Below, in pieces: positions 16,445 through 28,200 of a stretch of DNA of 35,826 nt. Location: positions 1 through 35,826 of IMG/VR virus record IMGVR_UViG_3300009434_000016; one strand, given 5' to 3'. Below the pieces are notes generated by a model, which saw nothing but the letters and a program-made list of their open reading frames with translations, was not told the DNA's origin and did not search any database. Position numbers and translations under genes: made by a program. Numbering within the stretch: the stretch's first letter is position 1; the number at the start of each line of letters is the position of its first letter. This DNA is from a virus. Taxonomy: Duplodnaviria > Caudoviricetes.

Positions 16445-18303
16445 TGAAACAACTTAATGTTACAGAATTAGACTTTGATGCAATCAAAGATAACCTTAAA
16501 GATTATTTTAGAAATAATCCAAATGGAGAATACAGCGATTGGGATTTTGAGGGATCAGGTCTTAATCACCTATTAGACATCTTAGCATATAACACGCATT
16601 ATAACGCAGTTGTTGCGCATAATGCAATGAATGAATCCTTTATTGATTCAGCGCAAATCAGATCAAATGTCGTTTCTCGAGCAAAGCTTCTTGGTTATAC
16701 TCCAAAAAGTAAGACAGCTCCAATGGCATCGATCTCGTTGACCTTTGCATCTTCTGTTAATCGTAATCTTTCTACATACACACTTTATAGAGGACAAACT
16801 CTTACAGCCGCGATCGATGGTACAACCTATACGTACATCACAGTAGATGATTATACTACTACTCTTGATGAAATAAATTCTCAATATGTTTTCGAGAATG
16901 TGGTTATCTATCAAGGACGAATGAAAGAAAGTACATTCGTTGTTGAATCTGGAAACATTGATCAGAAATTTATTATTGAAGATTCATCGATTGATTTAGA
17001 TCATTTGATCGTTGATGTATTTGATAATGCTTATTCAACTGCTGTTGAAACTTATACTGAATTCACGACTCTTTCAGGTGTTGGTCCATCAACTGCTGCC
17101 TACTTTATTAACGAGAATTATAATGGAAATTATGAGATTCAGTTTGGTGATGATATTTTTGGAAAAAAACCAGCATCTCTCAGTATAATTAAACTTAAAT
17201 ATTTAAGTACTGAAGGTAAAGAAGGTAATGGCGCTAATGTCTTTACATGGGCGAGTCCAACATCAGTATCACCAGTCATCACAACTTTATCTGGTGCTAC
17301 AAATGGTAGTGAAAAGGAAGACATTGAAAGTATTCGTCAAAATGCACCTCTTTCCTTTATAACACAGAACAGAGCTGTTACATCGAGCGACTATAAGACT
17401 CTTGTCATGCAGATTCTTAATAATATTGAAACAGTATCTGTTTGGGGAGGAGAAGATAATTTTCCACCACAATATGGTAAAGTATACATATCGGTTAAAC
17501 CATTCGATGATAATGCTCTTACTAATACAGATAAAATCTTTTTGCTTAAAGAACTTGAAGCAAAGAGAGTAATTGGTATCGAGCCGGTTCTTATCGATCC
17601 TGATTTCACATATCTATACTTTGATGTATTGTTTAAGTACGATTCAAATAGAACATCGCTGTCTGCTGGTCAGCTTTCAACAAAGGTAGAGTCTCTTCTT
17701 TTAGATTTCAATACAAACAATCTTCAAAGGTTTGACGGAGTCTTCCGTTATTCGCATCTTCTTTCCCTAATTGATAAGTTAGACATCGCGGTTGTTAATT
17801 CATTCGTTAGAGTCTTCGCGTATAAAAGGGCAGTAATAGAATATGGTAAACTTGTATCAACACCAGTTGATTTCCAAATGGCACTATATGCAGACGAAAA
17901 TCAAGAAGAATCAGTATTGAGTTCAGATTCTTGGACATATAACGGAGTTGTTCTTCGTATTGAAGATGAACCAATTATAGGTTCATCAACTGAAAGAAAT
18001 ATATACGCATACTCTCTCGGTGCTGATGGAATCAAGAGAACTTTATTCAGAAGTGTTGGCACCCTTGATACTAGTAGCGGATTAGTTTCGATTGATTCTC
18101 TTCCTATTAATAAAACCGAGACTATAAATATATACGTTACACCAGCATCAAATGACGTAGTATCAAAGAGAAATAAACTTCTTTCAATTGACATTGGTAA
18201 AACAGTAATTAAACCAGAAGTTGATACAATCGCAGTATCTGGTTCTTCTGGAGTTAATGACTATGCACCATTTTTAAGACACCGCCCCGATGGAAATATA
18301 TAA
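16444..18303 (+). CDS. 6: baseplate wedge subunit gp6
   Basis: ELDFDAIKDNLKDY, DWDFEGSGLNHLLDILAYNTHY, ESFIDSAQIRSNVVSRAKLLGY, QNRAVTSSDY and VWGGEDN..PQYGKVYIS. Confidence 0.95.
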   Translation: MKQLNVTELDFDAIKDNLKDYFRNNPNGEYSDWDFEGSGLNHLLDILAYNTHYNAVVAHNAMNESFIDSAQIRSNVVSRAKLLGYTPKSKTAPMASISLTFASSVNRNLSTYTLYRGQTLTAAIDGTTYTYITVDDYTTTLDEINSQYVFENVVIYQGRMKESTFVVESGNIDQKFIIEDSSIDLDHLIVDVFDNAYSTAVETYTEFTTLSGVGPSTAAYFINENYNGNYEIQFGDDIFGKKPASLSIIKLKYLSTEGKEGNGANVFTWASPTSVSPVITTLSGATNGSEKEDIESIRQNAPLSFITQNRAVTSSDYKTLVMQILNNIETVSVWGGEDNFPPQYGKVYISVKPFDDNALTNTDKIFLLKELEAKRVIGIEPVLIDPDFTYLYFDVLFKYDSNRTSLSAGQLSTKVESLLLDFNTNNLQRFDGVFRYSHLLSLIDKLDIAVVNSFVRVFAYKRAVIEYGKLVSTPVDFQMALYADENQEESVLSSDSWTYNGVVLRIEDEPIIGSSTERNIYAYSLGADGIKRTLFRSVGTLDTSSGLVSIDSLPINKTETINIYVTPASNDVVSKRNKLLSIDIGKTVIKPEVDTIAVSGSSGVNDYAPFLRHRPDGNI

Positions 18304-18306
18304 AAT

Positions 18307-21300
18307 ATGTCTCATATCTCTATAGCAACCGCAGCTCCACAGGGAACTGTACCGCATAATACTGAATCGCTTAGAGTTGAAGAACTTATTCCTGCGCAAC
18401 TAAGAGAAAGTTCAGAAACTTTTATAAATTTAATAAAAGAGTATTATGAGTATCTTAATACTGAAGGTCTTCCAACATACGAAACGAATCGCATCATTGA
18501 TGAACACGATATTGATAAAGTTTCGATCAAGTATTTAGACGGTATTCAAGGAGAAATTGCTAAGAATATTCCTAATTCAGTAGTGGTTGATAGAGTATCG
18601 CTGTACAAAAAGATTGTCCAGTATTATACTCTTAAAGGTTCTGAAGAAAGTATTACAACGTTTTTCCGCCTCTTCTTCGATGAAATTATTGAAGTATCCT
18701 ATCCAAGAGAGAAGCTCTTTAGTCCTTCTTCTGGTGATTGGGAGCCAGCTAATGATGATTTTACTCGTACTATTGTAGCATCGTTGATAGAAGGTAGTAC
18801 AGCTATAAAATATAACTATACGCCGTTTCAATTAAAAAAGGATGATGATGTATTAGGAAGCGGTAAGATTATTAAAGTCACACCGATTAGTCTTTATGAT
18901 AATCCTCCTGCTATTAATTCGTTAGTATTTGATGTTAATTCAGCAAAAAATCTTAACTCTATTAATGAATCATGGGACTCAATAGTATTAAAAGATACTT
19001 GGAGAGGCTACTTTAATAACGGTGCTTCATTTAATTCATATGAAGAGTTAGTACACTTTGATGGAGAAAGCGCTTATGTTGACTTTGGAGATATAGGTGA
19101 ACATAGTGTTCCTCTTGATACTGAAGAACACACGTTTGTTATTCGCTTTCGTCCAAAATTTAATAAGGAAAATACTGTAATTCAACCACTCTTTTCTTTA
19201 TCAAAAGATTATACTCAGTTACAGTCTCATGAGTTGTTCTTTAATAAAGATACAGGAAAAATAGGTAGATCGTTCGTTAATACAAATGAGCCTCGAATTT
19301 CTCTTAACGGAGATGATACATTTCAATTTACGAACTTTATAGATCAAACAACGAGTGCTCTTAATACTTTAGTCGGAAATAAGAAGGAACATATGACCAA
19401 GTTCTTATCTCCAATGAGTTTAACATTCAATGGTAAGTGGCAAGAAACGCTCGTTACTTTTAATGGAAAAGCGATTTCTATTCATAGTACCGACCCGGTG
19501 TTAAAGACTCTAACCGAAGATGATCTTCGCTTCTTTGATTTTAGCGGATCAACATTCGATGCTCCAAATAATATTAAAGTTGGAAATACAATTACGTACG
19601 AAGCTCTTGCGGATTATAACGGGAGGTCAACTGCGATAAGCGAAGATGGCAATATACTTGCTATCGGTGCACCATTTAACGACGGTGGAGGCCTAAACGC
19701 CGGTCATGTTAGAGTATTTAGATTAAATAGTAATAGCTCTCCAGAATTATGGGAACAAATTGGTTCTGATATTGACGGTGATCAAATCGATCAGCGTTTT
19801 GGTACAGCTATTAGTTTAAGCTCAGACGGAACAGTTCTTGCTATTGGTGCTCCGAATAACGCTCAGGCTAATGCTCCACTATCTGGTAAGGTTAACGTAT
19901 ACGAATTAGTTAATGAATCTTGGGTACAAAAAGGATCGACGTTATATAGCGCAGTTGACTATGAAAGAAGTGGTAGTAGCGTTAGTTTAAATGGAGATGG
20001 TACTCGGTTGGCAATAGGTAATGATCCTTACATTGCTGAAAACAGTTTTGAAGTTGGTCTCGAAGAGGGAAATGACGGAGGAGGAAGTTTATTACAAGAA
20101 GATGGTGCTAAGATATTAAATCAAAACTTTGATAGTACTTCAGCTTCAGTTGTAAATAGAGCCCGCGTATTTGAATTTGATGTTTCAAATGATTGGGTTC
20201 AAATTGGATCAGATATTACCGAGTTAGATAACGACAATCAAAGTTATACTCAAGTTAGTTTAAGCGATAACGGTCGAACTCTTTTAGTTGGAACTCGTTG
20301 TAATGTTGGATCTGATATAAAAGCATGTACAAAATCATATATTAATACTGCTGAATCTGTTGGTTGGTTCTCTAGTGGCCAAAGACTAATATTCGATGAC
20401 GGCGCTAATGATATATTGCTTTCTCCCGTTGAAAAAATAGAAATTAGTTTGAGTAATAACGGTAAAACTTTTGTAATTGGCATTCCTGGTAAATTGGGTA
20501 CAGAAATTACAAACGGAGCAGTAGAAGTTTATAGGCTTGGAAGTAATAATTTATGGTCTCAATTAGGAGAACCACTTTTCGGAGAAAGGCCTGGAGATCA
20601 TTTCGGCAACGCGGTATCTATCAATAGTACCGGAAATATTATAGCTGTTGGTGCTTCCTATAATGATGGAACATTCCCACAATCAGGTCATACAAGAATA
20701 TATCAATATCTAGAAAATAAATGGAGCAAGGTTGGTAACGATATTGATGGTGAAGCGTTTAATGAATATAGCGGCTCAGCAGTTAGTTTAAACGCTACTG
20801 GTACGAGAGTTGCAGTTGGTTCACCTCTCGGCGGCGGCGGTAAAGTAAGAGTTTACCAACTTGCTATTAATGCAAACATATCTACGTTCTTACACGCTGA
20901 GAAACATCCTACTGATACTAAAAGTAGATGGTCTATTAAGTCAAATAGTAAGTTGATGTATTATACAGAATGGGAAGATAACTCCGCATTCGTAAATGTT
21001 AATCCATACGATCTTGGACTAAGGTGGATTATCGGAGACAAACAAGGAGATGAATCTTTACCAGTTCTCCCACACTGTGATCGCATCAAGAGAAACGCTG
21101 ATCATATCTTTACTCTGCATAATAGAGGATACATGTCTATCTATTATAAACATAATGACAATTTTATCCCATGGCAAGATATTACTATTGCTGATACGAC
21201 TGTTTATGATGGAGAAAGACTATGGGAAATCTTAGACTATGCAGTTGATGATGTATATCTTACTATTTTAGATAAGCCTATTGGTGGTGCATCTCGAGCG

Positions 21301-24300
21301 CTTATATTTAAAGCGAATGAGTATAATACATATGAGCATTTTCAAACATTATCTTTAGACCTTCCTGCATATCAACGCCGAGCTTCTGATTTTACTCACA
21401 TCAAATTGGTGAAGTCGCAACTTATTGTTGGAACACATACTCTCAATAATACAGACATTTCTCAAGTTATTTGCGTTTATGATCTAGTTGATGGTCGCTG
21501 GTCTGAAGAGAACTCTGCCAGTTTGCCACATGCTACATTAAAAAGTGTTAGACCACATCTAGAATTTAGCATGAATTCCGGAGTAACGACTAATCGATGG
21601 AAGTCAACCAACGAGCTAGCCAGCATTAACACAAACACCAGTGTCAATACATCTTTAGATGACGGAATTAAACTTGGGTCGTCAGCTATAAGCACTCCTA
21701 TTGGACTTGATGTTGATTCTAAGTTTAGTTTAGCTATTCGGTTTAATGCAATAGATATATATGATAGTATTACTGACATATTAACAATTGGTAATGTGAC
21801 ACTTCGGATTAGTAAGAATCCTATTTCTGGAAATAAGTCACTTCAAGTTGTTTCTAAAGAAGCTGGTAAAGTTGATTATCCTATATTTTTAGATAAGATA
21901 AACACCAATGCAATTCTCGACAATAATCCACGAGAAATATTTAGTGATCAATACTTTAATGACGAAATAAAAACCGATGAATGGAATAACTTAGTAGTAG
22001 AATTTACGGTTGGAAGTCTATCGGTGTTTGAAGAAGAAGTAATTACAGGTTTAAGGTATTCGCTTAATGGATTTAAGAGATCAAAGACTGTTGATGTGAT
22101 TAATATAATCAACGATGAGGGTGAAGATAATTTCCAGAGAAGTCCAGTTTACGGAATTAGCGCTGCTTCTCAGATGTCTCTCGGTACTAAAATTGCATTT
22201 AATCACATTTCTTTCTATAATAGAGGTCTTTCTCATATCGAGTTTGGAAGAATAGAGACAACGTTATCAAGTGTATACACTAGTAACGTTACTACAGGAA
22301 TAAACTCATTGCTTGATGGAGGAAGATTTGAAGTAAGTGAAAATGGTAACGTTATAATAAAGGTTGCTGCATATGGTATTAACATTTGGGAAAAAACTCC
22401 AGATGGTTGGGTAAGTTTTTATAATCCGATAAGTTCTATAACAGATGGAGGTAGTAATTATATTACACATAGCGGATCAAGATTGTATTCATACAAATTC
22501 TCTGGGAATGATTTGATATTGGTAAATGGCGGGTTAAATAACGCTCAGCAATATTTAGAAGCATACGATGAAGAAGATTCTTCATACAAAAGAAAACAGC
22601 ATAACTCAACAACAGTAGCGTATTACATCCGAAGTCAATATTTAAACTCATATATTAGTTGGAAGTTATTCGAAACGTTTAGAGCTTCTGTAGAATTTGA
22701 GCAGAAGAACGATGAATCATTAAAGGTAGGATTAAATTATGGAGTAGATATTGCTATTGATAACGCTAATGACACATTCGCTATCTCTCTTGAACCGGAC
22801 AGTGTTAATAAAATATTGAAGGAGCCAGCTTCTTTAGAACCAGCATCAAGTGAAAACATTACAAATGTTAAGTATGATATTTGGAAAAAACTATCAGATA
22901 ACTTCATTCGTCCTTTACCGCTATATGAACCAATAGACGGTTATCCATTAGTAACTTCATATCCTCCGCAATTGAGTAATAGTGGTATATTAAGAATTTC
23001 GAAAAATGCTCCTTCGTACAACGCCGTAATAGCAGATGGTGATCTTATTCATGCAACTGAATTTACAAAACCCCTCGTAACATATACCTTTAACACCAAT
23101 ATTAATAGACCAGGTTATTATTTGGAATCAAAAGATATCATCGATGATTTTGTTATATCAAATATTCCTTCAAATAGAGTGTATTTGGATAATAAAAAGA
23201 TTCAATATAACGAGTTTAACATAATACTCATAAGAGGAGTAGCTGATAGGTATAACGGCTACATTGATATATCAGTCGGTGGTAGTAATTTCGAAAGAAT
23301 ATTAGAAGGAAATACTCTTAAGCATTTATTGATATCTCCTGAAGCAAACTTTGTACTTGGTAGAAGTGTTAATGGATACTTCAATGGCGATATCAGCCAT
23401 TCTCAGTACTATTCATCTGCAGTCTCAGATGCTACAAAGGATGAAATTGTAGAATACTTAATTAATAATGTTAAAAACTTCTATCAAATTGTATATGAAG
23501 AGTTTGACGGAATCACACAAGGAGCCAATCGACTTACTTCCGAACCGCTTTCAGAAGATCCATTCGCCTTTAACACATTATCTGGCCATGTATTTAATTC
23601 ATTTTGGTTTTTTGATGAACCGCAAATACGTACAAAGATTTCAGTAACAGCTGACTATAACCAATCAATTAGTAATGAAGCTCAAAGCATATATTGGGGA
23701 GATGGAAGAAGCAACATAATAATAGATAACGCAGCTTTACTGCATGAATTTACTACAAATTATCTTGGCAAATACTATGATAGAAAAGGTCAAGTCTCTT
23801 CAGTTAACAGAATACAAGATAGCGTATTTTGGCAGCAGTTCTCTTATAACATTCGAAGTGGAATACGTGTTAGCGATTGGGAAAAACAGTTTGTAAATCT
23901 AGTTCATCCTGCTGGTTTAAGATTCTTTGCGAGTGTTATTCTTCTTGTTATACGAGATAATCATTGGTTTGGACCAAAGTTTGTTTTGTTTGATCCAGAA
24001 ACTAGACAAAACACAAGTGTAATTAAAGTAGAAGATAGATTTCTTACGCCGTTTAGAACTAATCAACCTGTAGAGGATTTGAGATGGCTTGAATCGCTTA
24101 CAGCTCCAAATGCTACTGGTGGTTATCATATGCCTGTTTTCCAACCTGGTTGGTTACAAGGAGACATTCGAGTGCGAGAGTTTATATTTGAAGCTGGTTT
24201 ATGGACTAAGTTAGCAAGGTCTGTTCCAGGTAATGAGGCTGCTGCGAAATATACATATGAATACTCAGATGGCAATCCAGCAGAAGATGTCGAAATTAGA

Positions 24301-25272
24301 ATATTAAACTTAAATGGCGAACCTGAATTAAGTATCGGCGATGTAGTTTATCAAGATGATAATAACTCTCCAAGTCAGAATACTGGCATTATAGCAAATA
24401 TTGCTCCTGATGGACTTTACTTTACCGGAATAGTTAAATTAGTAGGAGTAGGTAGTTCGTTTGTTACAGGAGAAATTTATACTCAAAGCTATACAAATAC
24501 GATAACAATTGAGGCTAAACCTGTTAAGCTAAAATCAGAAGTACTAAATATTTATGGTGATGAGGAGCAAGATGCGGCATATCTATTACAAGATCGCTCA
24601 AGCATCGATGTTAATTCAGAGATGTTCATGAGAGCGGTACTAACAGCATTTAAATATGTCATACCTTCATTAGTACCTGCTGCAGTAATTACTAAACAAG
24701 ACTATCATCAAAATCTAAAATTTAAGGATGTAGGTGATATTAGCTCATATCTCAATACACGAATTATTGATGCAATTGCTGATAAATTTACATTTATGAA
24801 TGTAGCTGCTATTATTGAAAAGAGGAATCAACTTTCAACTGAAGGTGGTGATGGAGTATTCCTTGAGTCTGATTCTTCTCCTTATGATCAAGAATTGCTT
24901 ATTGACGATATTGCCGATTGGTGGAATGATCCTGAAGATGATGCTGATATATCTGCTCCAGTTCAAATCGATATTTTATCGTACACTGGTCCTCAGTTGG
25001 TTAGTGGAAATGTTGTATATCAAGATCTAGGGGGCGGTATCACGATCGAAGGATTAATTGTCAGCACTAAAAACAGCGGCAATACCATATTAGTTGGATG
25101 GAGGGGCGCTATAAATACAAGTGCATCACCAGACTTCGTATATCCATCGAAGCCAGAACTTGATCAGTTATTCGTATCTGGAACAATATACACAATCGCG
25201 GGTCAATATGATAGTCCAGAACCACTAGTTAAAATAATCGAAACATCTGCAGAAGTCTCTGTTAGCAACTAA
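18307..25272 (+). CDS. 7: baseplate wedge initiator gp7-like, with large LamG and FG-GAP insertions
   Basis: N-terminal FINLIKEYYEYL and YTLKGSEESITTFFRLFFDE...YP. Later RIQDSVFWQQFSYNIRS...LVHPAGLRFF. Follows gp6. Confidence 0.8.
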   Translation: MSHISIATAAPQGTVPHNTESLRVEELIPAQLRESSETFINLIKEYYEYLNTEGLPTYETNRIIDEHDIDKVSIKYLDGIQGEIAKNIPNSVVVDRVSLYKKIVQYYTLKGSEESITTFFRLFFDEIIEVSYPREKLFSPSSGDWEPANDDFTRTIVASLIEGSTAIKYNYTPFQLKKDDDVLGSGKIIKVTPISLYDNPPAINSLVFDVNSAKNLNSINESWDSIVLKDTWRGYFNNGASFNSYEELVHFDGESAYVDFGDIGEHSVPLDTEEHTFVIRFRPKFNKENTVIQPLFSLSKDYTQLQSHELFFNKDTGKIGRSFVNTNEPRISLNGDDTFQFTNFIDQTTSALNTLVGNKKEHMTKFLSPMSLTFNGKWQETLVTFNGKAISIHSTDPVLKTLTEDDLRFFDFSGSTFDAPNNIKVGNTITYEALADYNGRSTAISEDGNILAIGAPFNDGGGLNAGHVRVFRLNSNSSPELWEQIGSDIDGDQIDQRFGTAISLSSDGTVLAIGAPNNAQANAPLSGKVNVYELVNESWVQKGSTLYSAVDYERSGSSVSLNGDGTRLAIGNDPYIAENSFEVGLEEGNDGGGSLLQEDGAKILNQNFDSTSASVVNRARVFEFDVSNDWVQIGSDITELDNDNQSYTQVSLSDNGRTLLVGTRCNVGSDIKACTKSYINTAESVGWFSSGQRLIFDDGANDILLSPVEKIEISLSNNGKTFVIGIPGKLGTEITNGAVEVYRLGSNNLWSQLGEPLFGERPGDHFGNAVSINSTGNIIAVGASYNDGTFPQSGHTRIYQYLENKWSKVGNDIDGEAFNEYSGSAVSLNATGTRVAVGSPLGGGGKVRVYQLAINANISTFLHAEKHPTDTKSRWSIKSNSKLMYYTEWEDNSAFVNVNPYDLGLRWIIGDKQGDESLPVLPHCDRIKRNADHIFTLHNRGYMSIYYKHNDNFIPWQDITIADTTVYDGERLWEILDYAVDDVYLTILDKPIGGASRALIFKANEYNTYEHFQTLSLDLPAYQRRASDFTHIKLVKSQLIVGTHTLNNTDISQVICVYDLVDGRWSEENSASLPHATLKSVRPHLEFSMNSGVTTNRWKSTNELASINTNTSVNTSLDDGIKLGSSAISTPIGLDVDSKFSLAIRFNAIDIYDSITDILTIGNVTLRISKNPISGNKSLQVVSKEAGKVDYPIFLDKINTNAILDNNPREIFSDQYFNDEIKTDEWNNLVVEFTVGSLSVFEEEVITGLRYSLNGFKRSKTVDVINIINDEGEDNFQRSPVYGISAASQMSLGTKIAFNHISFYNRGLSHIEFGRIETTLSSVYTSNVTTGINSLLDGGRFEVSENGNVIIKVAAYGINIWEKTPDGWVSFYNPISSITDGGSNYITHSGSRLYSYKFSGNDLILVNGGLNNAQQYLEAYDEEDSSYKRKQHNSTTVAYYIRSQYLNSYISWKLFETFRASVEFEQKNDESLKVGLNYGVDIAIDNANDTFAISLEPDSVNKILKEPASLEPASSENITNVKYDIWKKLSDNFIRPLPLYEPIDGYPLVTSYPPQLSNSGILRISKNAPSYNAVIADGDLIHATEFTKPLVTYTFNTNINRPGYYLESKDIIDDFVISNIPSNRVYLDNKKIQYNEFNIILIRGVADRYNGYIDISVGGSNFERILEGNTLKHLLISPEANFVLGRSVNGYFNGDISHSQYYSSAVSDATKDEIVEYLINNVKNFYQIVYEEFDGITQGANRLTSEPLSEDPFAFNTLSGHVFNSFWFFDEPQIRTKISVTADYNQSISNEAQSIYWGDGRSNIIIDNAALLHEFTTNYLGKYYDRKGQVSSVNRIQDSVFWQQFSYNIRSGIRVSDWEKQFVNLVHPAGLRFFASVILLVIRDNHWFGPKFVLFDPETRQNTSVIKVEDRFLTPFRTNQPVEDLRWLESLTAPNATGGYHMPVFQPGWLQGDIRVREFIFEAGLWTKLARSVPGNEAAAKYTYEYSDGNPAEDVEIRILNLNGEPELSIGDVVYQDDNNSPSQNTGIIANIAPDGLYFTGIVKLVGVGSSFVTGEIYTQSYTNTITIEAKPVKLKSEVLNIYGDEEQDAAYLLQDRSSIDVNSEMFMRAVLTAFKYVIPSLVPAAVITKQDYHQNLKFKDVGDISSYLNTRIIDAIADKFTFMNVAAIIEKRNQLSTEGGDGVFLESDSSPYDQELLIDDIADWWNDPEDDADISAPVQIDILSYTGPQLVSGNVVYQDLGGGITIEGLIVSTKNSGNTILVGWRGAINTSASPDFVYPSKPELDQLFVSGTIYTIAGQYDSPEPLVKIIETSAEVSVSN
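19610..20865 (+). repeat. FG-GAP-like beta-propeller repeats (about 7 blades) in gp7
   Basis: Recurrent G.SVSLS.DG..LAIGAP......G.V.VY......W.Q.G.DIDG units. Confidence 0.8.
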
Positions 25273-25278
25273 AAACTT

Positions 25279-25286
25279 TATAAATA
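25279..25286 (+). promoter_or_regulatory. late promoter TATAAATA for the fibre gene
   Basis: TATAAATA-GAATTA-ATG. Confidence 0.8.
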
Positions 25287-25292
25287 GAATTA

Positions 25293-28200
25293 ATGAGTAC
25301 TAAAATTTCAGCGTTAGACGAGAGACTTCAGATTGATATCAACGGGGAAGAGTTTTTCCCAATAATCGATGGCACTGTTGGAGCATATCACACGTATAAA
25401 ATAAAACTTGATTCGCTGTTTGCGAGTGATCAAGGGTTTGAAAAGGTAACAAATCTTGTTGTTACTGGTGCAGCTTTGCCTGATCGACAAACCGTCGCAG
25501 ATGATAATGAAAAGTTTACTTTAACATATACTAAGGAAGATAATACTACAGATGTTATAACAATTGACAAGTATAAGATTCTAGCTAATGATGTAAAATT
25601 CATTCACATTGATCCAGCAGGTTATGTTACATCTACTGATAGAATTGATACACATATTGTAGACGATAGGCTTACTACAGCAAAAGCAGTTGATACTCAT
25701 ATCGACCATAGAGAAGCACTATACGATACAGAAATTAAAGGATATTTTGGTGATAGTACAACGTCCCGTGTTACGGGCAATCATGTACTAAAGGACTTCA
25801 GATTAAACTCTGAGGTTGCATCCGACTTTACTGCACTATTAGACGGCGTTAATACAAACTTAAATACGTTTAAGAAGATTGAAGATAGGTTTGCTACTAT
25901 TGATTATAGCGATAAGATCGGCACTGGTCAAGTAAATATTGCACATTTTACTATTAATGAAATTGACCTAAATCAAAGGTTGAGCATTAAAAAATTAGCA
26001 GTTGGTACAGATCTTATTTCTAATAATGCTATTACGACTAATAAAGTTAGAGATCTTTCTATTGTTAATTCTAAGCTTTCTACTGAAGCAGTCTCAACTG
26101 TTAAGATTCAAGATGGCGCCATTACTAATAGTAAAGTTGCAACTGGTGCGATCGATCCATCAAAGTTATCTGCATATGGACCGTCATGGAGCGACAGTGC
26201 GGTATCTGTTCCCAATAATTTATTAGTTGGATCAGATGTTATTGCTCAAGGTCGCATTAGGTCATACGGCACAGATTTTCATCTATATAGCGCTGGCCGT
26301 TCTGAAGGAAATGTTCACAACGGTAGAGCACTTGTTCATAATCGCGGAGATAGGTTAACTATTAATTATGCGAAAGATTATACTGGCGGTGTAGAAATTA
26401 GAGGTGTAGTAAAAATTCCAGACCAAACTCAGGACCAAATTCTTGCTTCTGGACCTAGAGCAATTGTTACAAAAGAATATGTCGACTATGCTGATATTCG
26501 TATAAGACCTCTTGATCCCACAAGAATCCAAGATGATTGTATTCAGCTGAGACACATGTCAGACAATTCAGTTGGTACTTTTGAAATCCTTGATGATTCA
26601 ATCACAAGTGCTAAGGTTGAAAACATTGGTCCTCAATGGACTAATGACGGTACTGTTACAATCATAAAAGACCTTGATGTCAATGGCTCTAAATTGGATC
26701 TCGGCGATAGAACAAATACTTCTACCGATCCTACTGAAATAAAACTTATTTCTTCTAACGTTTCTTCAGATAGCGTAGGTTATGCAAGAATCTTACGCAA
26801 AAGCGGACTAAACGGAGCCTTACAGATTGATAATAAAGGATCTACTGAGTTTAGCCTAAATGGTAGTACAAAATTGCAGGTATCATCTTCGAATGTTAAA
26901 GTTGATACATCTCTTCATATTACTGGAAAAGATTCCACTACTATTGGTTACAACAATTTCGCAAATCCAGCACTTCTAGTTGGAGCGAGTGATTACGGAA
27001 TTGCAATTGATTCAAATGAGATTGTCCAGAAAGGTAATCATTTACACTTAGGAGTAGCTGATCCTGCTACACAGAATATCAATTTTCAAGGAGGTCCTCT
27101 TTTACTTACTCGCATATATGGTGACAGCGGTACCATATATACGCGCGGCGGATTTATTACAGATAGCGGTGTAATTAGTACTAACAACAATACTTCTAGA
27201 TTAATTCTTCAAGGTGGTAAAGAAAATATAAGTGGTGCTGATATTGAGCTATACGGTTCTGATAATCCTAACCACCCTGGATTTGCTTATTACGATGCAG
27301 ATAAACACACATTTCGATCACAGGATAATAATCAAATTGCCCTTACAATTGATTCTAAGCAAAGGAAAGTTACTCTTCATACCGAAGGTACATCGCCAAA
27401 TCACTTGGTTACCAAATCTTATGTTGATAAAGAAAAATTTCCAAAGATAACTCGTTTAAATGATATCACTCTTCGTATGAATAGTGGCTTCTATGAAACA
27501 AATGCAGCAGATACGAATAACGGTTGGCCAGAAAGCACTGGTTTATGGTATCACTTACTTACAAGTACACACAGTAATTCCTCCAACTACAATTCTTTGC
27601 AGTTCGCTGCTCCATTCTATGAGCAAGATGTTTACTTTAGATCTACTAACAACGATGGTAAAAGGGAATGGAACAAGCTATGGCATACAAATAATGTTGG
27701 ATCAGGTTCTGGTTTAGATGCTGATTTGCTTGACGGAAAAGAAGCAGCAGAATTTTCTCTCATTGCTCATAATCATGATACTCGATATTTAAAACTTTCA
27801 GGAGGAGCTCTAACAGGCGATGTTAACTTCAGTAATGATCAACAAGGTATAGTTTGGAATAGAAATACTGATGGAGCTTCTATCAAGTTTTACAATACTG
27901 GTGACAGTGATAATACTTCTCGCCTTGAATTCCAAACGACTGATAATAGGAATGAATATTTCATCTTTACGCATCAGCCATATAATGACACTTTAATCGA
28001 TCTTCTTAAGATTAGTAACACTGAATTGTCATATAAGGCAAATAAAATATGGCATGCTGGTAATGATGGAACTACCTCTGGTCTAGATGCTGATCTACTC
28101 GATGGATTAGAAGCAACAGCATTTTCTCTTGTTGGTCATAATCATGACACATTATATAGAAAGCTTACTACTAAGATTGGTGTTAACGATCTTACAACAG

